Assembly (NCBI GenBank): GCA_965222615.1
Contig: CBDCUI010000009.1
Location: 576,001 to 640,000, forward strand
DNA from: Gammaproteobacteria bacterium
GTDB lineage: Bacteria; Pseudomonadota; Gammaproteobacteria; UBA4575
Length of the DNA stretch: 64,000 nt
Reading direction: 5' to 3'
The position numbers were made by a program, and so were the translations under genes. Shown piece by piece: positions 1-10,867 of the stretch. The stretch's first letter is position 1. Every line of letters begins with the position of its first letter. The notes beneath the pieces are model-generated. The model ran no database searches. It saw only the letters and a program-made list of their open reading frames with translations, and was not told where the DNA came from.

Positions 1-131
1 ATCGGTATCGCTAGTAAGATGACCGCATGCTTTAAAGAGCCTTGCGTATAATCACGTTCTTTATTGCTAAATGCATTGCTGATCAATGACCACCAACTAT
101 CCTTCTTGAATTGTTCTTTGTTTGTATTCAC
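1..131 (-). CDS. MATE family efflux transporter, N-terminal fragment (runs off the window)
   Basis: Manual translation from GTG at 131: MNTNKEQFKKDSWWSLISNAFSNKERDYTQGSLKHAVILLAIP. The DYTQGSL...LLAIP segment is typical of MATE N-termini. Confidence 0.6.
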   Translation of the reverse strand, partial: MNTNKEQFKKDSWWSLISNAFSNKERDYTQGSLKHAVILLAIP

Positions 132-421
132 TGTTAACAAGCAATTTTAAAAATTATTTAAATAAAAACCAGGAAAAAAATAGTTAACCGTTCCTGACTT
201 AGCCAGAAATCTCTTTATAGCAATAATGAGTGCTGGTTAAGCGAGAGTTATAAATTTGATGCCAGTAATCACAAGCAGCACGACCTTAACCCTCGAGTGG
301 GGCCTATTGTGATTGAATGATGTAAATAAAATCATTGTTTAGTCATGCTTTTTGAAAAAGTGCGCGAATAGTACTCTTAAATTTGTCCAAGTCAACCTAT
401 GAATACCTAATTGTTGCGATT

Positions 422-1183
422 CTACTGCTTCAGACGATAGCCAGTTTTGAACATCCACCATATCGTTGTGAGACAGAACATTGTAAATAACAACACCATA
501 AATAAGCTAAGTTCGATACTGACATCCGAAACTTCATTAAAGCTCCAACGAAAACCACTGACTAAATAAACAACCGGGTTAAATAAGCTCACGGTTTGCC
601 AAGCAGGCGGCAACATATCGATGGTATAGAAGCTCCCGCCAAGAAACACTAATGGAGTTATTACAAGCATTGGAATTAGCTGTAACTTTTCAAAGTTATC
701 TGCCCAAAGTCCTATAATAAATCCAAGCAGACTAAAGGAAATGCAAGTAAGCACTAAAAAGCTAATCATCCACAATGGATGAGCAATCTTGAGTTCGACA
801 AAAAACCCAGCCGTTACCAGAATAATTGCACCGATAATTAAAGATTTGCTGGCAGCAGCACCAACATAACCCATTAAAATCTCGATAAACGAAACTGGCG
901 CGGATAGTACCTCATAAATGGTTCCGGTAAAGCGTGGAAAATAAATACCAAAAGAAGCATTGGAAACACTTTGCGTTAATAACGCAAGCATCATTAAACC
1001 AGGTACAATAAACGCTCCATAAGAAACCCCTTCTACGGTTTCAATACGCTCACCAATCGCTGAACCAAATACAACAAAATATAATACAGTTGTGATAACA
1101 GGTGCAGCAAAGCTTTGCATGACCGTATCCCATGCACGCAACATCTCATATTTATAAATTACTCGAATTGCGTGAGTATTCAT
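422..1183 (-). CDS. ABC-2 transporter permease (YadH-like)
   Basis: About six hydrophobic segments, FIVPGLMM and [12 protein letters not shown] motifs; adjacent to an ABC ATPase. Confidence 0.9.
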   Translation of the reverse strand: MNTHAIRVIYKYEMLRAWDTVMQSFAAPVITTVLYFVVFGSAIGERIETVEGVSYGAFIVPGLMMLALLTQSVSNASFGIYFPRFTGTIYEVLSAPVSFIEILMGYVGAAASKSLIIGAIILVTAGFFVELKIAHPLWMISFLVLTCISFSLLGFIIGLWADNFEKLQLIPMLVITPLVFLGGSFYTIDMLPPAWQTVSLFNPVVYLVSGFRWSFNEVSDVSIELSLFMVLLFTMFCLTTIWWMFKTGYRLKQ

Positions 1184-1194
1184 TATTGCTGAAT

Positions 1195-2118
1195 TTAACT
1201 AGTTTTGACTAAATTGATAAAGATATCTTCAAGTGAACTTTGCGACGTGTTAATGTCTTTAAGCAATAACCCCGCACTATCCACTGCACGTAGTAACTCT
1301 GCTACCCCGGTATGTGTGCTATAGCAGTCATATGTATAAGTAAGTTGCTTTCCTTCGGATGATAATTCCAATGCCCATGTAGATAAGGTCTCAGGAATTT
1401 TCTTTATTGCCTGTTCCAGTTCAATCGTCATCTGACGTTTGCCGAGTTTGTGCTTTAAGGTGTCTTTATTATCGACAACGATCAATTCACCCTTGTTAAT
1501 CACCCCAACACGATCTGCGATAGCTTCAGCCTCTTCTATATAGTGCGTCGTCAAAATAATGGTTACACCAGATTGCCTCAGTCGCTCTACTATGCCCCAC
1601 ATATTTTTGCGCAGTTCTACATCAACACCAGCTGTAGGCTCATCTAAAAACAGAATAGATGGTTCATGAGATAATGCTTTGGCAATTAGTACACGTCGCT
1701 TCATGCCACCAGATAAGGTCATGATTTCAGAATCTTTCTTATCCCACAGCGATAAATCTTTGAGTAGTTTTTCCAGGTATATAGCATCTGGTTTCTTACC
1801 AAATAAACCTCGGCTAAAACAAATCGTATTCCATACGGTATCAAACATACCCAGTGTTAATTCTTGCGGCACTAACCCAATCAGACTACGCGTAATACGA
1901 TAGTCTGAAATAATGTCATGGCCTTCGACTGTAACCGAACCTTCGCTGGCATTCACAATCCCGCAGATAATCGAAATCATTGTCGTTTTCCCTGCACCAT
2001 TAGGCCCAAGTAGCGCAAGGATTTCACCAGACCGAATCTCTAAATTTACATTGTTAAGCGCTCGATGCCCGCTTGCATACACCTTGGATAAATTGGAAAC
2101 CGAAACGACTGGATTCAT
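1195..2118 (-). CDS. ABC transporter ATP-binding protein (YadG-like)
   Basis: Walker [10 protein letters not shown], signature LSGGMKRR, Walker B LFLDEPT, H-loop TTH. Confidence 0.93.
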   Translation of the reverse strand: MNPVVSVSNLSKVYASGHRALNNVNLEIRSGEILALLGPNGAGKTTMISIICGIVNASEGSVTVEGHDIISDYRITRSLIGLVPQELTLGMFDTVWNTICFSRGLFGKKPDAIYLEKLLKDLSLWDKKDSEIMTLSGGMKRRVLIAKALSHEPSILFLDEPTAGVDVELRKNMWGIVERLRQSGVTIILTTHYIEEAEAIADRVGVINKGELIVVDNKDTLKHKLGKRQMTIELEQAIKKIPETLSTWALELSSEGKQLTYTYDCYSTHTGVAELLRAVDSAGLLLKDINTSQSSLEDIFINLVKTS

Positions 2119-2181
2119 GGTTTGTTTTATAACACGCTGCGAGAGTTTGCTCGCTAACTATCTCATAACTCATGAATCACC

Positions 2182-3492
2182 TCATGTAATTTTTCGTCTT
2201 ATCGGATTACCAAAATTAGGATCGCTACTGATTCTTGAAGCTACAGTTCCTTTCGGGGCGTTGTACCAACCTGGATCGCTATAATCTCCTGGTTTTAAAT
2301 CGTCGCGAACTTTAACTGTAGTAAACATGCCTCCCATTTCAATGTTTCCGTATGGTCCTTTTCCAGTCATCATAGCCAAAGTATTGCGAGGACCTTGGTG
2401 ATGACCCATATCCACATGATCTTGATGTTCCGCCATACCATAGCGACCCATTGCCATAAAACCAGGTAACATTTTTCTAATTTCTTGATCAATACCAGTT
2501 TGATCAACACCCAATGTGTTAGGAATTTCATGCCCCATCGCGTTCATGGTGTGATGTGACATATGACAGTGAAAGGCCCAGTCACCCGGTTCGGCAATAA
2601 ATTCAACATCACGAGTTTGCCCTACACCAATAATCTCAGTGGTTTCGGGACGCCAACGTGATTTAGGCCAACGTCCTCCATCAGAGCCAGTTACCCAAAA
2701 TTGCACACCGTGCATATGCAGGGGATGATTCCACATCGATAGATTGCCCATGCGCACACGCACGCGTTCACCGGTACGTGCAACCACTGGGTCAATAGCT
2801 GGAAACACCTTGCTATTAAAAGTCCACAAGTCAAAATCTTGCAACACAGATGGATCAGGACGATAGGTACCAGGGTGCATAGCCCAGTTATGTGTCAGAA
2901 AACAATAATCACGATCGATAGGGGTCTCTTCGCCATTGCGTGGGTGAATGATAAACATACCCATCATACCCACTCCCAGCTGTGTCATCTCATCTGCATG
3001 CGGGTGATACATATGCGTACCGTGTTGCCTTAACGTGAACTCATATACATAAGTTTCACCAGGACCAATTTGTGGTTGGGTTAAACCACCTACTCCATCC
3101 ATTCCACTTGGTAATAAAATACCATGCCAATGAATCGTGGTATGTTCCTTCAAACAATTAGTCACTAGAATGCGCACACGATCACCTTCAACTGCTTCAA
3201 TAGTTGGACCAGGCGTAGTGCCGTTATAACCCCAACACTTTGCAACACTGCCAGGTGCAAACTCATGTTCAACCTCTTCAGCTACTAAATGGAATTCTTT
3301 TACTCCATTTTTCATTTTGTAGGGCAGCGTCCAGCCATTAAGTGTTCGTACTGGAACATATGATTTACTAACTTTTGTTTGTTTTGATACAGCAGTGGTA
3401 GTCGCAATGGATTCTGCTGTTGCTTTGGATGCTACAGTTGCCGCCAATGCACCTGCACCGGTATAAGTTAAAAATTCTCTTCGTGATGTCAT
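2182..3492 (-). CDS. Tat-exported multicopper oxidase (copper resistance)
   Basis: SRREFL twin-arginine signal; copper motifs HWHG, HPH, HPLHMHG, HCHMSHHTM. Start refined to ATG 3492, which has a GGAG RBS. Confidence 0.9.
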   Translation of the reverse strand: MTSRREFLTYTGAGALAATVASKATAESIATTTAVSKQTKVSKSYVPVRTLNGWTLPYKMKNGVKEFHLVAEEVEHEFAPGSVAKCWGYNGTTPGPTIEAVEGDRVRILVTNCLKEHTTIHWHGILLPSGMDGVGGLTQPQIGPGETYVYEFTLRQHGTHMYHPHADEMTQLGVGMMGMFIIHPRNGEETPIDRDYCFLTHNWAMHPGTYRPDPSVLQDFDLWTFNSKVFPAIDPVVARTGERVRVRMGNLSMWNHPLHMHGVQFWVTGSDGGRWPKSRWRPETTEIIGVGQTRDVEFIAEPGDWAFHCHMSHHTMNAMGHEIPNTLGVDQTGIDQEIRKMLPGFMAMGRYGMAEHQDHVDMGHHQGPRNTLAMMTGKGPYGNIEMGGMFTTVKVRDDLKPGDYSDPGWYNAPKGTVASRISSDPNFGNPIRRKIT

Positions 3493-3518
3493 TTTGAATC
3501 TCCTATTCTTTGCTACCA

Positions 3519-5003
3519 TTAGTGATGACTGTGAACATCATGCTCATTTTGTGGTGCTGTGGATTTGCTAGAATTGTTTTGCATGTGGTGCATGGAATGA
3601 TCTACATCATTCGTTTTTGGAGTGATGTATTCTTCAACATTTAATTGTTGTTTACCAACATTTGCACTGCTTGGTAATGTATTGCCTACTGCACGCGTAA
3701 GTTCTGTACGTGCCAACCAATAATCACGTACGACTTCAAGGTAACTTTGATATGCATCGTATTCTTGCTGCTTGGTTTCTAACAGTTCAAATATTCCAAT
3801 CAACATAAAATTTTCTTCTTCTTGTGCGCGCTCTACAACTTCAATACGTGCTGGAATTAGTTTTTCGCGATATATATTTACACGCTCTTTAGTGTTAAGA
3901 GTTGCTGCATGTGCTAAACAAACCTCATTTTCAATTGCAGTATTTAATTGATGAACTTCTGCAATTGCAATTTGTAACTCGGCATTCGCACGTAACTGTT
4001 TATCACGATTTTGTGTAAAAATTGGGATCTCCCACTCTAGAACTGGACCGGTAAGCTCTGCATGATCTGTTTCTATTTCATGCTCAATGCCCACGTCTAA
4101 TTCACCTAACCAACGTGTCCAATTAGTAACACCAACACGATTGGCTAAAACATCGGTACGTGCTGTTGCAGCCACTAAATCAAGTCGTGATTGTTTTGCC
4201 AATTCGATGAGTTCATCGAGATCATCTTCATACTCTAAGGGAATCGGAAGTTGCGCAGGCGAATCCCAAGTGTTTGCTACGGAAAGCCCCAATAAGGCCG
4301 CAAGTTTCGAGCGCTTCTCGTGAGTTTCTGCGTTAGCTTCTAGCGATGCTAGCTGTGATTCGGACGCTGCCGCCCGTTTTTGTGCAAGTTCCCGGGGGCT
4401 TAAATTTCCAGCATCGTAATAGCGCTTTGCTAATTCGAACGAGAGTGAGCCTGCTTTGGCAATTTGTGCATGTAAAGCTGCAGTTTGTTTTGCCGCAACA
4501 AATTGGTAAAAGGCAGCCTCAGTCTCAGCAGCAATATTTAACACTTCCGCACCAACGGATTGCTTCATTGCAGTAAATTCAGCATTTGCCAATCGTTTGC
4601 GTGAAGATAAAGTAAGCAAATCCGTAAATGAAGTTATCAAACCAAATGTTGTCAAATTGCGTTCACCAGACACATTTGAGTCTAATGTCGCAAACGAAAA
4701 AACTGGATTGTGAATACGCCCAGCTTCATACACATCCGCTGCAGCAATCCCCAAACCTGCATAGGTAGTCATTAATTTAGGGTTATTAACTAATGCAATT
4801 CGAATTGCACTTTCCGCAGTCAGTGGTTTTGCCGTTAACGAATCGACAAATTCTTTCCTATTCTTCGATTCCTGAGCATCAATTGGTAAACCTCGCTCAT
4901 GAAGCAATGCATCCACGTCGCTTCGACCCAAGTCTTTTGGAACTGAAGTACATCCGACAAGAAATACAAACGTGATCACAATTGAATATGTAATAAATTT
5001 CAT
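3519..5003 (-). CDS. TolC-family outer-membrane efflux lipoprotein with His/Met-rich tail (copper resistance)
   Basis: Lipobox LVGC, repeats typical of outer-membrane efflux proteins, C-terminal HSMHHM...HDVHSHH; directly upstream of the multicopper oxidase. Confidence 0.85.
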   Translation of the reverse strand: MKFITYSIVITFVFLVGCTSVPKDLGRSDVDALLHERGLPIDAQESKNRKEFVDSLTAKPLTAESAIRIALVNNPKLMTTYAGLGIAAADVYEAGRIHNPVFSFATLDSNVSGERNLTTFGLITSFTDLLTLSSRKRLANAEFTAMKQSVGAEVLNIAAETEAAFYQFVAAKQTAALHAQIAKAGSLSFELAKRYYDAGNLSPRELAQKRAAASESQLASLEANAETHEKRSKLAALLGLSVANTWDSPAQLPIPLEYEDDLDELIELAKQSRLDLVAATARTDVLANRVGVTNWTRWLGELDVGIEHEIETDHAELTGPVLEWEIPIFTQNRDKQLRANAELQIAIAEVHQLNTAIENEVCLAHAATLNTKERVNIYREKLIPARIEVVERAQEEENFMLIGIFELLETKQQEYDAYQSYLEVVRDYWLARTELTRAVGNTLPSSANVGKQQLNVEEYITPKTNDVDHSMHHMQNNSSKSTAPQNEHDVHSHH

Positions 5004-5134
5004 AACACTTTCCTAAATATTTATCCATGGCGTCGCTACGCATAGAACGTAACTACAGAAAACTCAAAAAGTATTGCCAAGATCACAAGACGCACAAAAC
5101 GCCAAAGACCAAGGCTATTCGCGACTAAGCGAAT

Positions 5135-5491
5135 TTAGGAAAGAAAAATAGGGGGACGATAAAGCGGTGATAGAGTTACTGAAGTACTTGCGTCGTTATT
5201 AATATTGAAACGATAAGCAAGCTTATGGGGTAAACTTAAACCAGCAGTATTAATAATAGGAACTTGAACCATCAACATATGTAGACATAAGCATGCACCT
5301 TCATCTTCACACTGCATGTTTTGATCCTGTTTTTGATCGTCATGGCATGGCTTTCCATCAACATTAGAAATATCAACAAATTCAATCGAACCCGAAGTAT
5401 TATCTTGCAAACATGGCAGAACCCATGCAGATGCAACTGTTGTATTTGCAACAAAAACAACCATAAATATGTATAATGTCAAATGTTTCAT
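5135..5491 (-). CDS. CopL/DUF2946-like small Cys/His metal-binding protein
   Basis: Signal-like N-terminus, CH and CxxxxxCxC motifs, terminal LYRPPI; first gene of the copper operon. Confidence 0.6.
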   Translation of the reverse strand: MKHLTLYIFMVVFVANTTVASAWVLPCLQDNTSGSIEFVDISNVDGKPCHDDQKQDQNMQCEDEGACLCLHMLMVQVPIINTAGLSLPHKLAYRFNINNDASTSVTLSPLYRPPIFLS

Positions 5492-5680
5492 GACTAAATT
5501 ATATGTCTACTTTTTGGTATTGTCATATCAGTTTAAGCGCTTTTAGATTCAATGGCATAATAAACGACTTGAATAGCCAAAATATGCTACTTACTCAATA
5601 AGATCAATAGGATTGACTAAAGTTCGCCTTTAGTTAAATAAAAAATGAGATCCAGTACCATTTTTGGCTGTTAGCCTTTT

Positions 5681-7030
5681 CTATATAACAAACGAATATA
5701 ACCAACCAAAAACGGCACAGGCTAATATTACTTTTACAATGCTAATTTTGTATTTAAATAATGCAATAAAAGTAATTAAACCGATTAACAAAGAAACCCA
5801 ATCAAATTGACCTGTAAATCCTTCTGGCCATAGCACATGATAAGCGAAAAACACGGCTAAATTTACTATGACGCCTACTACTGCGGCTGTGATTGCCAAT
5901 AATGGCGCAGTGAAGTGTAAATCTTCCCTTGTAGCTTCGATTGCAGGCCCTCCAATAAAAATAAATAAAAACGAAGGTAAAAAAGTAAAAAATGTGGCTA
6001 CACATGCTGCAATAATACCTGCCAGCGGTAAAAGTTCAGGGCCGAAAATTTCCTTTGTCCAACCACCTACAAAACCAACAAAAGTTACCACCATAATGAG
6101 TGGACCAGGTGTAGTTTCGCCTAACGCCAAACCATCGATCATTTGTGTCCCTGTAAGCCATTGGAACTGATCTACTCCACCTTGATACACATAGGGTAAT
6201 ACGGCATAGGCGCCACCAAATGTAACTAAGGCAGCCTTACTAAAAAACAAACCCATTTGGGTAAGCGTATTTTCCCAACCAAATTTGAAATATAAAAAGG
6301 CCATAATACCAAGCCAGATACCAGTCCCAACAACAATAAACGAAACAAGTCTAGCCCAACTAAATTTTGCAAAACTTGGAACCGGCGTATCATCACCAAT
6401 GATCGCAGTTCCATAAGAATCATGTGCTTCGCTCGCATGTAAGCTTCCACTAAAATATTGCGGCACAATTTTAGAGCCGATAAAACCCAACACTCCAGCT
6501 GCAATCACTATTGCTGGAAATGGGATATTGAAAAAGAAAATTGCTATAAATGCTAATAAAGCCATAGCGCGCAATACATTATTTTTTAAAGCACGTGAAC
6601 CTATTCGATAGGCTGCAAATAAAACGATAGCAGTGACTGCTGGCTTAACGCCATACAAGATTCCAGAAACAACTTGAGTATTGCCATACTCCAAATAAAT
6701 CCAAGTTAACGCAATGAGGATAAATAATGAAGGTAATACAAATAAAGCACCCGCTATTAGACCGCCTTTTATGCCATGCATTAACCAACCAATGTAGGTA
6801 GCCAACTGTTGTGCCTCAGGTCCCGGTAACACCATGGTGTAATTTAACGCATGCAAAAAACGATGTTCAGATATCCAACGTTTTCTTTCTACCAATTCTT
6901 GATGCATCATACTGATTTGACCTGCAGGTCCACCAAAACTGATAAACCCGAGCTTGAGCCAATAGTTAAATGCCTCAAATAAACTAACCGTATGACGCCT
7001 TTCAGATTGAATTGGTGCAGCGTCTTCCAT
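5681..7030 (-). CDS. chrA: Chromate efflux transporter (long-chain CHR)
   Basis: Two CHR domains: LGFISFGGPAGQ...PGPEA and AALVTFGGAY...TPGPL. Confidence 0.92.
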   Translation of the reverse strand: MEDAAPIQSERRHTVSLFEAFNYWLKLGFISFGGPAGQISMMHQELVERKRWISEHRFLHALNYTMVLPGPEAQQLATYIGWLMHGIKGGLIAGALFVLPSLFILIALTWIYLEYGNTQVVSGILYGVKPAVTAIVLFAAYRIGSRALKNNVLRAMALLAFIAIFFFNIPFPAIVIAAGVLGFIGSKIVPQYFSGSLHASEAHDSYGTAIIGDDTPVPSFAKFSWARLVSFIVVGTGIWLGIMAFLYFKFGWENTLTQMGLFFSKAALVTFGGAYAVLPYVYQGGVDQFQWLTGTQMIDGLALGETTPGPLIMVVTFVGFVGGWTKEIFGPELLPLAGIIAACVATFFTFLPSFLFIFIGGPAIEATREDLHFTAPLLAITAAVVGVIVNLAVFFAYHVLWPEGFTGQFDWVSLLIGLITFIALFKYKISIVKVILACAVFGWLYSFVI

Positions 7031-7111
7031 TTAAATGTAATTGATATACAAAGACGATAATCGAGAGAAAACCAATTTTGAAAACTGCAACTATTATAAA
7101 AAAGTTATTAA

Positions 7112-8488
7112 TTACTCATTAGCTACAGATAACATCTCTTCACGACGAGTAAATTTTTCACGCGGCTTGCCTTTAGGTTCACCTGCAGCAACTTCAGCTG
7201 CATCAATTTTTTGCCACTGTGAATAGTTAATGTATTGCACACCATTTTCATCAAGAATTTTATACAAACCTTCTCGACCAGGCTTTTTAGACTCAAACTT
7301 ATTTACGTCTTCAAGCAAAGCATCAACAGATTCCACTGCACAGGCACGGTTAGTGCCGATAATTCCAGATGGGCCACGCTTAATCCAACCTGCCGTATAC
7401 AGACCTGGTATTACATCGCCCCCATGTTCTGTTGTAATACGTCCCGCTTCATTAGGAATCGTACCCCAACGCTTATAAAAAGGGACCCCAGAAATAGCTA
7501 CCCCATTATAACCAATGCTACGAAACAAGATTCCACATTCAATCTCTATGGTTTCGCCAGTACCTTTGGCAGATTGCTTGAACGATTCGCCAGATAATTC
7601 ATTAATCTCCAGCACTACTTTTTCTAAACACCCATCTCCTTCGAGACGTACCGGGCTTTTCAAAAAGGTTGAAATACATATTCGTGGCTTACCTGTATCT
7701 TCAGACTCTGCAAACTTCTGAAAGATTTCAACATTCTTTTTATTGCCACGTCCTTCTTTTGCGGCAAGCTCTTGCTGGCTGGTTTCATTTAACTCTAATT
7801 CCTTAGGATCAATATATGGCCGACAGTTTTCTATCTCTAAAAATTCTTTGAGTTCCTTTGATGCAAACTTTGCTTGAGCGGGTCCACGGCGTCCTATTAC
7901 GTATATTTTTTTAATCTTACTCTCAGCTAATGCATCTAGTGCATGTTGTGCTATATCCGTATGCTTTAGTTCATCAACCGATTTTGCCAAGATTCTTGAC
8001 ACGTCTGCTGCAACGTTGCCTTGCCCAATTACTACTGCAGTTTCATGCGACAAATCAAACGCGCGATCTCGATAATCTGGATGACCGTTGTACCAGCCGA
8101 CAAACTCAGTTGCCGTATAACTTCCGGGCAAATCTTCACCAGGTATGCCCAGCTTGCGGTCTGTCTCTGCTCCACATGTATATATCACTGCATGGTGAGT
8201 ATGCTGTAATTCTTCAGCCTTAATATCTTTACCTACAGTAACATTGCCCACGAAATTAAACTCAGGATTTTCGGCAATTTTTTTATAAACCTCGATGGCT
8301 TGTTTTAATTTTGGATGATCTGGTGCAACACCACTGCGCACCAGACCAAAAGGAGATGGAAGTCGTTCGATTAAATCAATCTCGACGACTAAATCTGATT
8401 TTATTAATGCTTCAGCTGCATAAAATCCACTCGGACCACTTCCAACGATAGCAACTCTTAAAGGATTTGACTCAGTTCCTAAACTCAT
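7112..8488 (-). CDS. Ferredoxin-NADP+ reductase, FprA/adrenodoxin-reductase type
   Basis: GSGPSG FAD motif, PFGLVRSGVAPDH, GQGNVAAD NADP motif, GWIKRGPSGIIGTN, C-terminal KPREK. Confidence 0.9.
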   Translation of the reverse strand: MSLGTESNPLRVAIVGSGPSGFYAAEALIKSDLVVEIDLIERLPSPFGLVRSGVAPDHPKLKQAIEVYKKIAENPEFNFVGNVTVGKDIKAEELQHTHHAVIYTCGAETDRKLGIPGEDLPGSYTATEFVGWYNGHPDYRDRAFDLSHETAVVIGQGNVAADVSRILAKSVDELKHTDIAQHALDALAESKIKKIYVIGRRGPAQAKFASKELKEFLEIENCRPYIDPKELELNETSQQELAAKEGRGNKKNVEIFQKFAESEDTGKPRICISTFLKSPVRLEGDGCLEKVVLEINELSGESFKQSAKGTGETIEIECGILFRSIGYNGVAISGVPFYKRWGTIPNEAGRITTEHGGDVIPGLYTAGWIKRGPSGIIGTNRACAVESVDALLEDVNKFESKKPGREGLYKILDENGVQYINYSQWQKIDAAEVAAGEPKGKPREKFTRREEMLSVANE

Positions 8489-8564
8489 AACAATTTTCCA
8501 AACTTTTTATTATCTTTATCAAGGAAAATACACAGCTTTAACTGTGCAGTGTACATTTCTTAAT

Positions 8565-8686
8565 GAATTTCTGATTTGATGCTGGAGCGAGGCAAAAAAA
8601 TGTTACAAAAGCGGAGTGTACACACTAGTACATGAGCATTTTGGAACATTTTTTTAACAAAGCATCCAGTGCAAATCAGGAATTCC
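8565..8686. repeat. Palindromic MITE-like repeat, family A, copy 1
   Basis: Inverted ends GAATTTCTGATTTG...CAAATCAGGAATTCC; core GGCAAAAAAATGTT...GCGGAGTGTACAC...GTACATGAGCATTTT shared with the other copies. Confidence 0.8.
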
Positions 8687-8692
8687 TAGCAC

Positions 8693-8998
8693 CTAAAAGC
8701 CTAGTTCTGTTTTGCGATCCTCTGCTCCTGGCAACGGATCCATAGGTTCTTCGATTAATGGCAGATCAGGGCATTTTTCTGCATTGATCTCAACCCACTT
8801 CTCTTGGCCTTCAGGTATATCATCTTCTTCATAGATAGCCTCGACTGGACACTCAGGTATGCATGCACTGCAATCGATACATACCTCAGGGTCGATGTAT
8901 AGCATTTCATCGTCATAATGAAAGCATGCAACCGGGCATACAGATACACAATCAGTGAAGCGACAGCCCTTACAATTTTCAGTTACTACTGTAGTCAT
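8693..8998 (-). CDS. fdxA: 7Fe ([3Fe-4S]/[4Fe-4S]) ferredoxin, FdxA type
   Basis: CKGCRFTDCVSVCP and CIDCSACIPECP motifs, as in Azotobacter ferredoxin I. Confidence 0.9.
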   Translation of the reverse strand: MTTVVTENCKGCRFTDCVSVCPVACFHYDDEMLYIDPEVCIDCSACIPECPVEAIYEEDDIPEGQEKWVEINAEKCPDLPLIEEPMDPLPGAEDRKTELGF

Positions 8999-9073
8999 GT
9001 GTTGTCTCCTATATTTCTAATGTAATTAGACTACAAATATAAAGCCGTGATAGGTATCCACGTGGAGTATGTA

Positions 9074-9892
9074 CTAGCGCTCAAATAGCAGTACTTCGCC
9101 ACGATTGAGTTCAATCCCGTCTCCGCAAAAGCGTTTAAACTTCCCATTTATATGCACATCATGGATCTCCTCAAATCCATAATCATGCAATTTGGAAAAA
9201 TACAAACGCAAAAATAATGGATGATATGTACACGAATACTCAAAACTAGGCAATATAGGCGCATTTTTTTGAAGCGTTACAATAGTACCTCGCTTCATGC
9301 CTGCACCAGTGCGAATACCTAATTCACCCACAACAATGATTGTACCTGCCAACATGTTAACCCCGGTAAAATCACCAGCATTGCCGCCTATTGCAATAAA
9401 ACCACGTCGCATAGCATGTCCCACCTCATTTTTTGCATTGCCATGGATGAATATTTCGCCGCCTTGAATACCAGCTGATTGGCCACGGAACGCGCTACCC
9501 ACCATATGTCCAGCGTCCCCTTTAATGATGATTCGTCCTCCCGACATTTCCGGCCCAACCCAATCTCCTGCATTACCATTAACCAAAATTTCGCCACCAG
9601 ACATACCTATACCAAGATGCATGCCTACATCACCATCGATGGTGACCTTGCCCTCACTCATACCGGCACCAATTAGCTTAACGTTGCTAACATCGCCTTC
9701 GATGTGAATTTGTGGAGCACCTTGCCCTGTAACCTTGAAAAAATCACCCAACTTAGCCTTTACATTCCCATGCATGACATTCAGATGTTCAACCCCAGAC
9801 TGCGACAAACTGGTGAATGTCGCAGGGCTGATCACTTCCGCCTCTAACGGGACTTCAGGTGATGAATACAGTTCAAGATGGGTAACAGACAT
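9074..9892 (-). CDS. fhcC: Formylmethanofuran dehydrogenase / Fhc subunit C
   Basis: GxxMxxGxIxVxG beta-helix repeats; position in the B-A-D-C operon. Confidence 0.92.
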   Translation of the reverse strand: MSVTHLELYSSPEVPLEAEVISPATFTSLSQSGVEHLNVMHGNVKAKLGDFFKVTGQGAPQIHIEGDVSNVKLIGAGMSEGKVTIDGDVGMHLGIGMSGGEILVNGNAGDWVGPEMSGGRIIIKGDAGHMVGSAFRGQSAGIQGGEIFIHGNAKNEVGHAMRRGFIAIGGNAGDFTGVNMLAGTIIVVGELGIRTGAGMKRGTIVTLQKNAPILPSFEYSCTYHPLFLRLYFSKLHDYGFEEIHDVHINGKFKRFCGDGIELNRGEVLLFER

Positions 9893-9943
9893 ATTTAAAT
9901 TTATTTTTAATTATTTTTTATATCTTTATATTTTTACTATTAT

Positions 9944-10849
9944 TTATATATCTCTGCTTTTGCCATTGGCGATTTCATGTAGATGGAATTTGTACTTACC
10001 TAAATTACCGCCATAATTGCCCGCAGTGATCATTAACGCCCCTTTATCTGCTGCAGCTTGCATGCCACGACGCATTGATTCTTTAATAGCCTCTATGTTT
10101 AAGCCATCGACCACTATTTCGTATACGGCCTCTACATTTTCTGGCACGATCGAATTCTTGGACACTGCGCGTAGCGTAGGGCAGTAGGCATCATTCGTTG
10201 AGGCAATCATGCCTTTATATTTAGAACCCACTTTACTTCCGGACCGTACTAGCCCTTGAGGGAAAGGGAGAAAAACACCTGCTACATCGCGCATGGCATT
10301 TGCTGCGGCCATCGCTGCACGTAATGTAGAGCTCTTGCGCGGTCCAAATATTATTAAATTACCACCACCTACCGCAGGTTGAATCCCAAATTGGTCATCA
10401 ACTAAAAACTCACCTTCCATCACAGGAATTCGCCATGAACGAATACCATCAATCACTTTACTAATTTGATATCCGTCCCCAAAGAAACGTAGCTTGCCAC
10501 CAACAGAAACCGAGTCTTCTGATTCCAACCCATTAAAACAGGCTGTGGTTGGACAAGTCATAACACATTGCCCTATGCGATCGATTAATTGGCCAGCAAT
10601 GGTTTTTGCACTCATGGTGAATAGCAAGACACTGATACCAGGACGTCCATCAGGTGTATCTTCTTCGGGAATTTCACTTTCCACTGCTGCTTCTAATTTG
10701 CAACGGATAACCGATGTTGCAAACCCTGTCATAGATGCTGCTGCTGCACGTGCCCATTGCTTGGTATCTGCAGTAATAATCACACGTGCGCCCCACATTT
10801 CAAAAGCTTCAGCATAAGTATCGACAATTTCTGCTTTTTTAATTTTCAT
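9944..10849 (-). CDS. fhcD: Formylmethanofuran:tetrahydromethanopterin formyltransferase (Ftr/FhcD)
   Basis: DTYAEAF, TPDGRPG, RIGQCVMTCPT, RSGSKVGSKY, ITAGNYGGNLG. Confidence 0.95.
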   Translation of the reverse strand: MKIKKAEIVDTYAEAFEMWGARVIITADTKQWARAAAASMTGFATSVIRCKLEAAVESEIPEEDTPDGRPGISVLLFTMSAKTIAGQLIDRIGQCVMTCPTTACFNGLESEDSVSVGGKLRFFGDGYQISKVIDGIRSWRIPVMEGEFLVDDQFGIQPAVGGGNLIIFGPRKSSTLRAAMAAANAMRDVAGVFLPFPQGLVRSGSKVGSKYKGMIASTNDAYCPTLRAVSKNSIVPENVEAVYEIVVDGLNIEAIKESMRRGMQAAADKGALMITAGNYGGNLGKYKFHLHEIANGKSRDI

Positions 10850-10867
10850 ATTACTAGCAAAAATACC

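Noticed and set aside
2182-5491. Copper operon as a novel system
   Set aside because: The CopL-like/TolC/multicopper oxidase arrangement is common in proteobacteria.
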